64,000 bases of DNA from a virus: IMG/VR virus record IMGVR_UViG_3300042894_004766, positions 35,792 through 99,791 of that record; one strand, written 5' to 3'. This document shows, one piece after another, positions 48,033 through 58,035 of the stretch. The notes below the pieces were generated by a model that saw nothing but the letters and a program-made list of their open reading frames with translations, made no database searches and was not told where the DNA came from. Both the position numbers and the translations under genes were made by a program. The stretch's first letter is position 1. The number at the start of each line of letters is the position of its first letter.

Positions 48033-48747
48033 AGAAATTACGCATACCTATTTTTTGTGCACTCATATTTATAGATCTAACTAAATCTTCTTTAGAGATT
48101 CCAACCATTTGTTGAAGAATCTTTTCATTTACTGGATTAGTATCAATTTTATTATGAAAGAAATGATAAGCACTGATTGGTAATACATTACTTGTTAAAA
48201 AGTTTTTAACTTTATGTGATAAAAACTCATCAGCACCACCTAATCCAATAAATGATTCATTCCAACCACCTATTTTTTGTATAGCCGCTTTTCTAAATAC
48301 AGAAATTCCACTACATAAAGAAGTTTCTTTACCAGGTCTACTTATTTTTAATATGTCTTCATATTGAATATTTGCTTCATTAGGAAAAAGATCAACCATA
48401 GAATTATGTGGACTAACCATTTCATATTTATCAAGTGATTGAATAGACTCAATAAGTTTATTTGGATCTACTATAGTATCTGCATCACCAAATATTACAA
48501 TATTTGTATTTGAAGACTTTAATCCAACATTATATCCCCAAGATTTATTATATGCTTTATTAGTTTTTATAAAGATGTGTTTACATTTTAATGATAAGTG
48601 TGATATCTTAGAGTGTTTGTCTTGTTCAACAAGAATAACTTCTACATTTGCAAACCCATTTATCCAATCAAGAACTCGTCTAAGATTGTTTAGCCTATCC
48701 GGGCTGTGTCTATATCCAATTATATAGGTAAAAGAATGTGTATTCAT
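48019..48747 (-). CDS. Glycosyltransferase (GT-A fold, GT2/GT7-like)
   Basis: IIGYR, LVEQ, YNKSWGYNVG, FGDAD (DxD), GGWNESFIGLGGAD. Confidence 0.88.
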   Translation of the reverse strand: MNTHSFTYIIGYRHSPDRLNNLRRVLDWINGFANVEVILVEQDKHSKISHLSLKCKHIFIKTNKAYNKSWGYNVGLKSSNTNIVIFGDADTIVDPNKLIESIQSLDKYEMVSPHNSMVDLFPNEANIQYEDILKISRPGKETSLCSGISVFRKAAIQKIGGWNESFIGLGGADEFLSHKVKNFLTSNVLPISAYHFFHNKIDTNPVNEKILQQMVGISKEDLVRSINMSAQKIGMRNFYDTF

Positions 48748-48788
48748 TACTAATTTATTATTTTTCTAATTATATCTTATTTTACCAA

Positions 48789-48941
48789 TTAGTTTAGTGG
48801 GTTTTGATAACCATTTTGTTTAGTTATATGTAACATTTGACTAGTTGATAGTTCATTATGGTTCCAACCCATCTTTTTACAATATTCTACTAAAAATTTC
48901 TCTCTTAAAAAAGAAATTTCTTGTCTTGTTTTAGTTTTCAT
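48789..48941 (-). CDS. Small hypothetical protein, 50 aa (not in ORF track)
   Basis: Manual translation MKTKTRQEISFLREKFLVEYCKKMGWNHNELSTSQMLHITKQNGYQNPLN. Confidence 0.6.
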   Translation of the reverse strand: MKTKTRQEISFLREKFLVEYCKKMGWNHNELSTSQMLHITKQNGYQNPLN

Positions 48942-48973
48942 AACTTTGATTTTTATTTTATATATAATTTTAC

Positions 48974-48981
48974 TATCTTTG
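48974..48981 (+). promoter_or_regulatory. Bacteroidota -7 promoter element
   Basis: TATCTTTG 4 nt before the ATG at 48986, implying a near-leaderless transcript. Confidence 0.65.
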
Positions 48982-48985
48982 TCGT

Positions 48986-49564
48986 ATGGTATTTAAAGTA
49001 AGAGGTATATTAGATTTCAGTCCTGAGGACAAAACTAAGAAGCATGTTAGTCAAGCTTCTTGGAAGAGAGTTGCTATGATCCGTACTAATTGTGAGTTAG
49101 ATAGATACTACGCTTGGTTTTTAAAGAAAAGATTTAGTCTTGAATTAAATAGTACCTTGAGAGGAACTCACGTTACTTTCATCAATGATAAAATGGATGC
49201 TAAAACATTTGAACAATTTGCACAAATCTTCAATGGTAAAGAAATTGATTTCTATGTTGAAACTGAACCAAGAAGTAATGGTGAACACTGGTGGTTAAGA
49301 GTTCACTGTCCAGAAGCGGAAAGTATTAGAGAAGTTATGGGTTTATCAAGAGAACCATTCTATGGAATGCACTTAACTTTAGGATATGCCTTAGTTAAAT
49401 ATCCAGAAGCTACTGCACTAAATGATAGTCCACTTGCAATTAAAGTAAGAAAAGATTATATAGAACATTCTAAATATATTTTAGAGTGTTGTAAAAGACA
49501 CGAATTGATTTCTAATGAACCGAGAAAACCTTTAAGTGACCACGATATAATAGAGTTTAAATAA
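48986..49564 (+). CDS. 2H phosphoesterase
   Basis: Two HxT motifs, GTHVTF and MHLTLG. Confidence 0.8.
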   Translation: MVFKVRGILDFSPEDKTKKHVSQASWKRVAMIRTNCELDRYYAWFLKKRFSLELNSTLRGTHVTFINDKMDAKTFEQFAQIFNGKEIDFYVETEPRSNGEHWWLRVHCPEAESIREVMGLSREPFYGMHLTLGYALVKYPEATALNDSPLAIKVRKDYIEHSKYILECCKRHELISNEPRKPLSDHDIIEFK

Positions 49565-49591
49565 AAAAAGAGGATATTATCCTCTTTTTTT
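49563..49591. terminator. Bidirectional intrinsic terminator
   Basis: AAAAAAGAGGATA-T-TATCCTCTTTTTT. Confidence 0.8.
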
Positions 49592-50576
49592 ATGTTCTTG
49601 ATTGATACCACATTGATTTTGGCTCTTCCTTAGGTTGTTCCAATTGTTTTGGCTCTTCTTCTTTAATTTCTTCTTTTTTAGGTAATTCTCTTGGTATATC
49701 TGCAATACTATAACGAAACCATTTATTTGGGTTTTTATAATCTGCTGAACCTCTAAGTGTTTTCGTATCATCATACAACTGATTTACTTTTATACCATAT
49801 TTTAAAGCATGAATACATTTTTGGAAGTTTCTAGAATCTCCTAATAATGAAAATACCTTCCAAATTTCCCCTTCTATCTGATCATCTATAAGACTTGGTA
49901 GTAATTTCTTAAACTTAAATGCACTATTTCTATCTGAGAATATGCCATAATAATAAACATCACGATATCCCTGACCAGCTGGCATATATACCTGTTTTGG
50001 ATTGGCTTGAGGAAGTCTTAAACTAATGTTTAATTCACTACAATCATCATAAAGTTCTTGTAATGTGTATTGTTTTGGTGGATCTTCTTCATCCCAATCA
50101 TCTGGACTATTCCAACTTTCTAATCCATCATCCCAATTAGATAAATTTACTTTAAAAGAAAATAACGGAACATCCCATCCTGGCAATATACTACCAATTC
50201 TTGTTTTTGTTTCTTCTAATGGATCAAAATAAAATTGTATTGTAAAGTATAACTCTCTTTGTGCATCACTCCAAAGATCAAGCATTTCTTCTTCTGATAT
50301 ATCTTCATATCTTGTATTAATATCACTTACTACATTTGAACCCGGTGTTTTCGCATTTAGAATAAACTTTGCCTTAGGATTTGTAAATTTAACTTCATGA
50401 GTTAAATCACTATAACTTTTAACAAGTTCAATATTATAAACACCCCATTCTTTTTCTGATCCGTAATCTTTTAACTTTTTACCTTTATCTACTTTGTGAG
50501 GCATATACATAAATCTTTGTCCAGCATCTCTATAGATTTTAGGTGTTAGTTCTTCATAAGTTTTAATCCATTTCAT
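49590..50576 (-). CDS. CTS-tagged hypothetical protein
   Basis: Starts MKWIKTYEEL. Late motif at 50581-50590. Confidence 0.75.
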   Translation of the reverse strand: MKWIKTYEELTPKIYRDAGQRFMYMPHKVDKGKKLKDYGSEKEWGVYNIELVKSYSDLTHEVKFTNPKAKFILNAKTPGSNVVSDINTRYEDISEEEMLDLWSDAQRELYFTIQFYFDPLEETKTRIGSILPGWDVPLFSFKVNLSNWDDGLESWNSPDDWDEEDPPKQYTLQELYDDCSELNISLRLPQANPKQVYMPAGQGYRDVYYYGIFSDRNSAFKFKKLLPSLIDDQIEGEIWKVFSLLGDSRNFQKCIHALKYGIKVNQLYDDTKTLRGSADYKNPNKWFRYSIADIPRELPKKEEIKEEEPKQLEQPKEEPKSMWYQSRT

Positions 50577-50627
50577 AAACTATATATTATTTTTTAAACT
50601 CACATTTATATTCTTCATATAATAAAT

Positions 50628-50777
50628 ATGAGAGAACTAACATTAGAAGAAAGAGTACAATTGTTTTGTAATAAATATAAAAAACATATTTCTTATGGTT
50701 TTGACTTGACACATGAAGATTTGGATAAACATGATATTCCTAGGAATATTGAAACTAATTTGAAAAAAGATATATAA
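50628..50777 (+). CDS. Small hypothetical protein, 49 aa (not in ORF track)
   Basis: Manual translation MRELTLEERVQLFCNKYKKHISYGFDLTHEDLDKHDIPRNIETNLKKDI. AAAC-N18-TATAAT upstream. Confidence 0.55.
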   Translation: MRELTLEERVQLFCNKYKKHISYGFDLTHEDLDKHDIPRNIETNLKKDI

Positions 50778-50799
50778 CTAGAAAATAGTAAATTATTAA

Positions 50800-51297
50800 A
50801 TGAGTGATATTACAACAATTGGTTACTTAGAGGATTTAGTTGAACAAGTTAAAACTTTAGATACTACTGAGTTATCTGACGAAATAAGTAAAGAAGAACA
50901 AGAAATAAAACAAGTAGTTGAAGAACAAAAAGTTTATTTTTGGATAAGACTTTATCTAAAAGAAGAAGATTCTAATTTAGAGATAGGAGATGATATTTCT
51001 ATCAAATGGACTCCAACTGGTGAAGAATTAAAAACAAAGTTTATTTGTTTTGGTAAGACAGGACTACAAAAAGACTATGATGAAGAAATAGTAAATTATA
51101 ATTCAGAAGATGATAAAAAAGTTCTTTGTTTAATGGTTGATGAAGGTCAAGTAAATTATAATGAAGATATTCCTTTTGTAAGAACTTTATTCAAAGTTGG
51201 TCGTCATTTTGAATATCAATTAGTTAAAAGATCTGAGTTACTTTTTGTAAACGATAGAAATGGTATGGTTTTAGATTACTTTGATTGTGATTTTTAA
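50800..51297 (+). CDS. Acidic hypothetical protein
   Basis: ORF preceded by AAAC-N17-TATAAC. Confidence 0.7.
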   Translation: MSDITTIGYLEDLVEQVKTLDTTELSDEISKEEQEIKQVVEEQKVYFWIRLYLKEEDSNLEIGDDISIKWTPTGEELKTKFICFGKTGLQKDYDEEIVNYNSEDDKKVLCLMVDEGQVNYNEDIPFVRTLFKVGRHFEYQLVKRSELLFVNDRNGMVLDYFDCDF

Positions 51298-51299
51298 TT

Positions 51300-51809
51300 A
51301 TGGAAACTGAATCAATAGAATATTTATTATTATCTTACTTTAATGAAGTAATTTGGGTGGATGAAAATCCAGTTGAATTTACTATTAGTGAGACTTTTAA
51401 AGAAAATGGAAATATAAGAACTTCAAATAAAGTAGAAGTTTATCAATTACAAGATTTGTTAGTAACTTCTTTGGAAGATACTAACACTTTTTTGTTTGAA
51501 CTAATGTCTGATTGTCAATCAAAAGAACTGGATTTTTATCCAAAGAATATAGTATCTAAATTATTCAATTTAAAGTCAAATAAACGACTTAAAAAAGAAT
51601 TAGATGGTCTTACATCAAATAACTGGATAATCACTTCTAATCATATATATGATACTTATATTAAAGATTTAGGATATAATGTTTACTTATCAGATGAGTT
51701 TGAGAATCAAATTGTGATCGGTGAGAAATCCTCTAAATTGATATTGAATAAAAATTTAAAAGAATTCTACTTAGATAAGTCTAATATTAGAGTGATAAAG
51801 TTAAAATAA
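51300..51809 (+). CDS. Hypothetical protein with weak capsid A-domain-like motifs
   Basis: NNWIITS...GYNVYLSDEFENQIVIG. Confidence 0.5.
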   Translation: METESIEYLLLSYFNEVIWVDENPVEFTISETFKENGNIRTSNKVEVYQLQDLLVTSLEDTNTFLFELMSDCQSKELDFYPKNIVSKLFNLKSNKRLKKELDGLTSNNWIITSNHIYDTYIKDLGYNVYLSDEFENQIVIGEKSSKLILNKNLKEFYLDKSNIRVIKLK

Positions 51810-51838
51810 AAAAGTCGAGAACAATCTCGACTTTTTTT
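51807..51838. terminator. Bidirectional intrinsic terminator
   Basis: AAAAAGTCGAGA-ACAA-TCTCGACTTTTT. Confidence 0.8.
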
Positions 51839-52166
51839 ATTCTTCTAAATAAGTAATTTTAATATTTAGTGATTTCGCTAGTTCAACTTCTGCTAGAAGT
51901 CCAGTTGATTTATCCCAACCTTCTATTTTATATACAAACATTTCATCTGATTTATATAAAAATGATTCACAGAAATTTTTCCAAAATTGCCAGTCACCAG
52001 GCATTTCTTTATATTGTAATAAAGTGTGACCATATACAATAGGTGACATAACTATATGGCCTTGTGATACAAGTTCGGCGACTTTATTACAAGTTTTATT
52101 ATATCTTTCAGTAACAACGTCTGGATTGTTATCTGAGTACGGTGAAGCAAAGTAAATTATTTTCAT
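51837..52166 (-). CDS. DUF1937 / nucleoside 2-deoxyribosyltransferase-like protein
   Basis: IYFASPYS, SPIVYGH, GWDKSTGLLAEV. Confidence 0.85.
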   Translation of the reverse strand: MKIIYFASPYSDNNPDVVTERYNKTCNKVAELVSQGHIVMSPIVYGHTLLQYKEMPGDWQFWKNFCESFLYKSDEMFVYKIEGWDKSTGLLAEVELAKSLNIKITYLEE

Positions 52167-52675
52167 TATTCTATACCTAATTGTTCAAGTTTAAGATTTC
52201 TTTTAACAGAATCATCAACTATAAGTTGAACCTCATTTTTATTTATCCATTTATCTTGCATAAATTGAATTATACCTGATTTTTTTGAAGCATCTCTTCC
52301 GATTTGATCCATTGATGTAAAGTCAACTGCTTTGACTTTGATCCTATACTCAGTTACCTCTAGAACTTCTAATTCATAAGTTACTTTGAAAGACTCTGGT
52401 TTCATTTTTTTACCATCTTTATCCGTATCAGTCCAACTAAGTCCATAGTCTGGATAAATAACTTTATGACCAGGTTCTATAGAAATTAAATTTTTTCTAA
52501 AAGAATCTGCTTTATCTTTATCTTTTTTAATTTGATCTTTTTCTTTTGTGATTTTGTCTTTCTCTTCTCTTATTTCTTCACATTTAGAGTAAAGTTTAAC
52601 AATTCCTAGTAGTGAACCTAAAAGACATAGTGATAGTACGAATACTGTAGTTTGTAGTATTGTAATTGCAGTCAT
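52166..52675 (-). CDS. Membrane-anchored coiled-coil protein
   Basis: N-terminal TM helix, KEKD repeats. Ends KRNLKLEQLGIE. Confidence 0.7.
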   Translation of the reverse strand: MTAITILQTTVFVLSLCLLGSLLGIVKLYSKCEEIREEKDKITKEKDQIKKDKDKADSFRKNLISIEPGHKVIYPDYGLSWTDTDKDGKKMKPESFKVTYELEVLEVTEYRIKVKAVDFTSMDQIGRDASKKSGIIQFMQDKWINKNEVQLIVDDSVKRNLKLEQLGIE

Positions 52676-52686
52676 ATTTAATTTTA

Positions 52687-52953
52687 TTAAAGTTCGTAAT
52701 ACATTTCACCATAGATTGGAGATCTTCTAATTATCTCTTTAATCAACTCAATTCCTAGATCTTGAAGTAAATATAAGAATACTTGATCGTTCTCATTTTT
52801 AGTTACCATTTCACCTTTTGCTAATTTTCTTACATCTTCCTTAGTAAAATAAACATCAGTTTTATTATAACCAATACCATGTGTTACTGTTCCAGTTTTA
52901 CATAAGTTTGTAAATGTAATTTCATTGAAGACTGTTCTTATTTCTTTTTCCAT
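52687..52953 (-). CDS. Hypothetical protein
   Basis: ORF downstream of the host-type TATATTTG (53008-53015, minus strand). Confidence 0.65.
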   Translation of the reverse strand: MEKEIRTVFNEITFTNLCKTGTVTHGIGYNKTDVYFTKEDVRKLAKGEMVTKNENDQVFLYLLQDLGIELIKEIIRRSPIYGEMYYEL

Positions 52954-53083
52954 ATTAAAATCTTTTTTAACTATATAGTTTTTTTATTAGTTTGTTTATT
53001 GATTGTACAAATATATGAAAAAATATGTTTTTAAGATAATTTTTTTTAATATATAAATCACAATAAATTATAATTATACTAAT

Positions 53084-54787
53084 ATGAAATGGATTAAAAA
53101 CAGAAATCTTTTTTTAGAAGCTAAATTACGTGATGTTATTCTACCAAGACAAGCAAAAGCAGTAATATCAAAATGGGGAGAGAAATACTTAGATTATGAA
53201 GAGGTAACACCTACTGATAAGATTATACAAGGAAGTTGGAAGTTATCTGAAGAAGATAAGAATGATGTATTAGGTGTATTTTGTCAAACAGATATGCCAC
53301 AGCTTTTTACTTTGTTTTCAAGTTTACCAGAACAATTTGGTAATGTTTTAAATCAATCTATCAATACTGATCTATTTAGAGAAGATAAAGCTACATATGA
53401 AAGAATTTTTGAGGGATTTGATATTAGAAAACCTAAATTAGATCAAATACTTGCTATATTCAGTTCAGTTTTTAGAAAACTATCAATTCCTGATACAATG
53501 GCAACTTCTGTAATCTCTAAAGATGAATCAAATAGACCAATCAGAGATGAACAAGGTAATATGATTAGAGTTGAAAAGAAACCCGGTGATTTAGCTTTTA
53601 GTAATAACTTAATCAATATAAACTCTTTCATTGTAGATTACAATGATTTAGTTGATAAATGTATTGACGCAAATGTTGAAGGATGGTCTACTATGGATAA
53701 AATAGCATCATCAAATTTATTTTCCGAAAACAGAAACCTAGGTAGTTTTATAAACTTTGCAGCAACAAATGAGAATACACAATATAAATTAGACTTTGAA
53801 ATTTTTAATAAAGATATTTTCTTAAAAATTAGTCATAATCCAAAAGACATTTTAAATATGTCTATTTCTAAATTCTATTCTTCATGTCAACACTTATATA
53901 GTGGTGGATATAGTCGTCAGGTTTTGGCAAATGTATTTGATCCAAATAGTATACCGGCATTTTTAATTTTTGAAACTCCTATTTTCTGGGAAGGTGAAAA
54001 AATATCAGAACATTTACCATTATCTAGAATGATTATTAGAAATCTAGAATCATTTGAAGAAAATGCTCCTACAAAATTATATTTTGATAGAGCTTATCCA
54101 GATAGAATGCAAGATAAATTTGAAGAAATAGTTACTAAATATAGTAAAAATGTAAGTACTGGTCAAAGAGGTGATAGATATTTATATACTCCAGATATTG
54201 ATTTTGAAGATGCATTAGACTCACCATATCAAGATAAATTATCACTTACTCAAGGTAAGATGATTGGTAAAAACATTAAGACATTATATTTAAGTCAAAT
54301 TGGTAATTGGAAAAATGTTAGAGTTGATCCAAATGCAAGAATTAAAGAATTGATTATTGAAACTACTGAAATACCAGATAGTTTACTAACTTTAAATATC
54401 ACATTAGATTGGATTAAGTTTAAATTCATTGAAATACATACTTTAAAAGACTTTGATAATATCAAAACAACAAATATAGCATTTGATAAATGTAAATTTT
54501 CTAATGATGTTTTACAAGATATTAATAAGTCAAATCCAAATATTAAAAAACTACAAATAATTAGTTGTGATAATGTTGGATCTTTTGACTTCTCTACATT
54601 CAAGTCATTAGAAGAGTTACAAGTATTATATACTTTAGATTCTGCAGAAGATTTGAAATCAATTGTATCAGATAGTCTAAAGAAATTGATAATTTCTGGA
54701 GATTTAGTAACTAAAGAAAGTAAATCAATAATATCATCTCTTAGAAGTAAAGGATTAAAAATAGAAATAGTTGGACCAGTAATATGA
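53084..54787 (+). CDS. CTS-tagged protein with C-terminal leucine-rich repeats
   Basis: Starts MKWIKNRNLFLE. LRR-like NIKTLYL, IKELII, NIKKLQI, SLEELQV, SLKKLII. Late promoter at 53046-53055. Confidence 0.75.
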   Translation: MKWIKNRNLFLEAKLRDVILPRQAKAVISKWGEKYLDYEEVTPTDKIIQGSWKLSEEDKNDVLGVFCQTDMPQLFTLFSSLPEQFGNVLNQSINTDLFREDKATYERIFEGFDIRKPKLDQILAIFSSVFRKLSIPDTMATSVISKDESNRPIRDEQGNMIRVEKKPGDLAFSNNLININSFIVDYNDLVDKCIDANVEGWSTMDKIASSNLFSENRNLGSFINFAATNENTQYKLDFEIFNKDIFLKISHNPKDILNMSISKFYSSCQHLYSGGYSRQVLANVFDPNSIPAFLIFETPIFWEGEKISEHLPLSRMIIRNLESFEENAPTKLYFDRAYPDRMQDKFEEIVTKYSKNVSTGQRGDRYLYTPDIDFEDALDSPYQDKLSLTQGKMIGKNIKTLYLSQIGNWKNVRVDPNARIKELIIETTEIPDSLLTLNITLDWIKFKFIEIHTLKDFDNIKTTNIAFDKCKFSNDVLQDINKSNPNIKKLQIISCDNVGSFDFSTFKSLEELQVLYTLDSAEDLKSIVSDSLKKLIISGDLVTKESKSIISSLRSKGLKIEIVGPVI

Positions 54788-56556
54788 AAAATCTAAAATA
54801 TATAAAATTATTTGAAGCATTTGATGCTACAACACTTAACGCAACACTTAAACATATTAATGGAAAAGATGATAAAAATAACTTTTTATCAAATCTAAAA
54901 ACAGTATGTCAAAAATTTGACATACCTGAGTCTAAACTTACAGATGACTTATTTACTTATTTGCCTTTTAATAAAGCATTGAGATTCAACAATGTTGTTT
55001 CTGATGACCAACCTTGTGGTGCAGTAGGTGAGTTTATTCATGGTGAAAGATGTGATAACGGTAAAGTAAGAAGACCTTGGGGTAGAGGATTTAGAGTTGT
55101 TGATTGTGGTACTTGTAAAGGTACTGGTATCAAGCCTAAAAGATCAGATTTATCTTTACTTAAATTTTGGTTTAATGCTGAAGGTAAGTATATTGCTACA
55201 ACTGCAGTAGATGGTATTTATAGAGCATCAACTAATACCGCAGCAACAACATTCTCACCAAATCTTGTAGATTATGATGTAGTTAAAAGAATTCCAAAGT
55301 CGCGTATAAATGAACTTGAAACAGGTGATATTATTGCGTTAGACTTAGTTAATAATGGTGGTTGGAGAAATGAGTTATATCCACAAGTTGTTAGTTATGT
55401 TATGAAAGCTCAAACTTGGTCAGGAACAAAGGTTTTTGCATTACAAAATACTGCGAGTTATTATAATAACTATCCTAGAGAAACTACTGGTTGGAATCAA
55501 ATAGCAGGTAGATATTGGCAAATGAGTCAATCCAGAGTTAATAATATAAATTTATTAAAAGCTAAAGCTAATGCAGGTGGTCAAGATCCTTATGGATATA
55601 ATACATTATTTGATATGTCTAACTTCCGTATTAGACCTGTTCAAGTTGCTTCTACATTGAAAGATGCAAACTTTGCAATTATATTAGACTTCTCTAAATT
55701 AGAGAAGTTGGGAGTTGTAAAGAAAACAGAATTAAAATCTGGTAGAACAGAATTAAGAGCAGGTGCAACTGCTCTTATATCTAATGATGATATAAAGAAA
55801 GCAAATATTAAAAGATACTTTGATAAAATTGCCACTAATTTTAAACTAACTGGAGAATTACAAGATGTTAGTAAATTTACTAGTATGGCTATTAGAGCTC
55901 TTGGTGCTAGATCTTGTGTGTACTTCTTAAATAATTCTGCAAGTACTAATGAAATGGATACTCTGTCAACTATAGCAGGTTATATCTTTAAGATGATTAA
56001 AAAAATAAAAACTGCAGAAAAAATAGATAATCAATCTGCAGAAGATGGATTAGTAGGAACAGCAGTTGAAGATTTAAAACTGGATAGAGACTTTATAGAT
56101 ATTATTACTATTATTAACGATAAATATAAAAGCTTATTGGATAATTCAATTAAAAAAGTAGATAGTACAAACAGATTACTTAAACAACTTAAAGATAGAA
56201 TTAAAGCAGAGACTAATGAAGATTGGACGGATAAAGATCTTAGAATACTATCTAATATAGATAACTTATCTATAGAGATAAATAAATATATTTCATCAAT
56301 CAAAGTAGATACTTTAGAGGATGTTGAATTTCTAATACAAGAGATTTATTCTATAAAAAGTTTATTAAGATCTGATAGAATGTCTATAACTAACTTAAAT
56401 GGTTTATTTGATAGAATGCGTCCAGGTAGTTATTATAATGATGTTCGTCATTTATATCCAGCACTTATAGATAGAAGACAATATTATGGTAATATAAATA
56501 ATGGTATTCAATCTATAATTACAATTATTAGAAAAAAACTAGCAATGTTAGACTAA
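54784..56556 (+). CDS. CTS-tagged protein with DnaJ-like Zn finger
   Basis: MKNLKYIKLFEAF. C..CDNGKV..CGTCKGTG. Confidence 0.75.
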   Translation: MKNLKYIKLFEAFDATTLNATLKHINGKDDKNNFLSNLKTVCQKFDIPESKLTDDLFTYLPFNKALRFNNVVSDDQPCGAVGEFIHGERCDNGKVRRPWGRGFRVVDCGTCKGTGIKPKRSDLSLLKFWFNAEGKYIATTAVDGIYRASTNTAATTFSPNLVDYDVVKRIPKSRINELETGDIIALDLVNNGGWRNELYPQVVSYVMKAQTWSGTKVFALQNTASYYNNYPRETTGWNQIAGRYWQMSQSRVNNINLLKAKANAGGQDPYGYNTLFDMSNFRIRPVQVASTLKDANFAIILDFSKLEKLGVVKKTELKSGRTELRAGATALISNDDIKKANIKRYFDKIATNFKLTGELQDVSKFTSMAIRALGARSCVYFLNNSASTNEMDTLSTIAGYIFKMIKKIKTAEKIDNQSAEDGLVGTAVEDLKLDRDFIDIITIINDKYKSLLDNSIKKVDSTNRLLKQLKDRIKAETNEDWTDKDLRILSNIDNLSIEINKYISSIKVDTLEDVEFLIQEIYSIKSLLRSDRMSITNLNGLFDRMRPGSYYNDVRHLYPALIDRRQYYGNINNGIQSIITIIRKKLAMLD

Positions 56557-57174
56557 ATGAAACACTTGAGAATATTTGATAATTTTCAAGATAAACAAAC
56601 ATTGATAATTGTTGATGTTCAAAAGTCTTTTAGAAAGTTTTTTACTGAAATGTATTTACATGAATTAAAAAACTATTGTAAGAAGTTTGAATCAGTCTAT
56701 CAAATTTGGGATAACCACGTCGATGGTAAGAATGTAGATAAAGATTATCTATATGATGAGAATCCAGATATTCCAGTTCATAACGATTTATATCGTTTTC
56801 CTAATCAAAAAGATTTAATAGAGAAAAGATATAACTATGATGTAGATGTGGATTTTTATAAAAAGATTTTAAGTAAAGATGTTTATAAAGATTTAAAAGA
56901 AAAAGAGTCTAATAAAGAATTAAAAAGAGGTGATACATTCAATACTAAAGAAGGTACATTTATAATTTATATTGGAAATAATCATAAGTGGTATCATTTA
57001 CCGAAAAAACTACAAGAACTATTCACTGAACTAAAAGGACAAGAAGTTGTTATGGTTGGTGGTTCTGATTCAGAGTGTTATTTAGATGTTGAAACTGCGG
57101 CTAAATCATTTGGTGTTAAAATAAAGAGGGATTTTAAATATATCTACTCTGCAAATCATTGTCCAATAAAATAA
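56557..57174 (+). CDS. CTS-tagged isochorismatase/nicotinamidase-fold hydrolase
   Basis: MKHLRIFDNF. LIIVDVQ..F, DNH, EK, VGGSDSEC. Confidence 0.75.
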   Translation: MKHLRIFDNFQDKQTLIIVDVQKSFRKFFTEMYLHELKNYCKKFESVYQIWDNHVDGKNVDKDYLYDENPDIPVHNDLYRFPNQKDLIEKRYNYDVDVDFYKKILSKDVYKDLKEKESNKELKRGDTFNTKEGTFIIYIGNNHKWYHLPKKLQELFTELKGQEVVMVGGSDSECYLDVETAAKSFGVKIKRDFKYIYSANHCPIK

Positions 57175-57183
57175 ATAAAAGAT

Positions 57184-57630
57184 ATGAGATACTTAAAAAC
57201 TTTTGAAAATTTTGATTTTGATAGAATTGATTCTGATGAATCAGACTATTTATATGTAGAAACTTCACAGATACCTAATTCTGGAAGAGGTTTATTCACC
57301 GCAATTGATATTGAAAAAGACGAGGTTATTTCTATTTTTAAAGGAGAAATACTTTCGGATGAAGAAATTAAATCAAGAACTGAATCAGGAGATGATGATT
57401 ATTTCATGAACCTACCAAATGGTGATATATTAGATTGTAAACAAACTGATTGTTTTGCAAAATATGCAAATGATGCAGAGGGTTCTAATACTGGCTTTAA
57501 AAATAATTGTATCATTTCAATGGATGGTGATGATGTTGTTCTTGTTGCAACAAGAGATATAGAATCTGGTGAGGAAATATTTGTTGAATATGGTGAAAAC
57601 TATTGGAACAATAATTCTTATAGACTTTAA
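57184..57630 (+). CDS. CTS-tagged SET-domain protein lysine methyltransferase
   Basis: MRYLKTFENF. SQIPNSGRGLF, FAKYAND, ATRDIESGEEIFVEYG..YW. Confidence 0.9.
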   Translation: MRYLKTFENFDFDRIDSDESDYLYVETSQIPNSGRGLFTAIDIEKDEVISIFKGEILSDEEIKSRTESGDDDYFMNLPNGDILDCKQTDCFAKYANDAEGSNTGFKNNCIISMDGDDVVLVATRDIESGEEIFVEYGENYWNNNSYRL

Positions 57631-58007
57631 CTTACTGTCGCATAAACTTGATAATCAGAAACCGTAAAATTTATAACCATATATTCTTGGTATCTTTCAG
57701 GATCTTCAAAAAATTCTACGAATAGTTCATAAGGAACAGAATCTACTTCTGGTATATAATCAGCAATTTGTGCCATTATTTCTCCTTCAATTGATTCCGC
57801 AGATAATCTAGTTTCGTGTAGTAGTTCTGTTAGATTAGCACCAAAGTTAGGCTCACCTAAAACTTCACCTTTATTAGTAAAGATAATCATTTCATACTTT
57901 TGTATGATAACTCTGATTACGTCATCTTCGATAAGTTCTGCCAATTTAAACATTGGATGTCCTGGATAACAGATATAGAAATCTATAAAATTAAAATTAT
58001 TTGCCAT
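57627..58007 (-). CDS. gp25: Baseplate wedge subunit (gp25-like)
   Basis: IFTNKGEVLGEPNFGANL..LL.E, QIADYIP. Confidence 0.85.
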   Translation of the reverse strand: MANNFNFIDFYICYPGHPMFKLAELIEDDVIRVIIQKYEMIIFTNKGEVLGEPNFGANLTELLHETRLSAESIEGEIMAQIADYIPEVDSVPYELFVEFFEDPERYQEYMVINFTVSDYQVYATVS

Positions 58008-58035
58008 GAACTATATATAAAAAAAAATAACCCAG

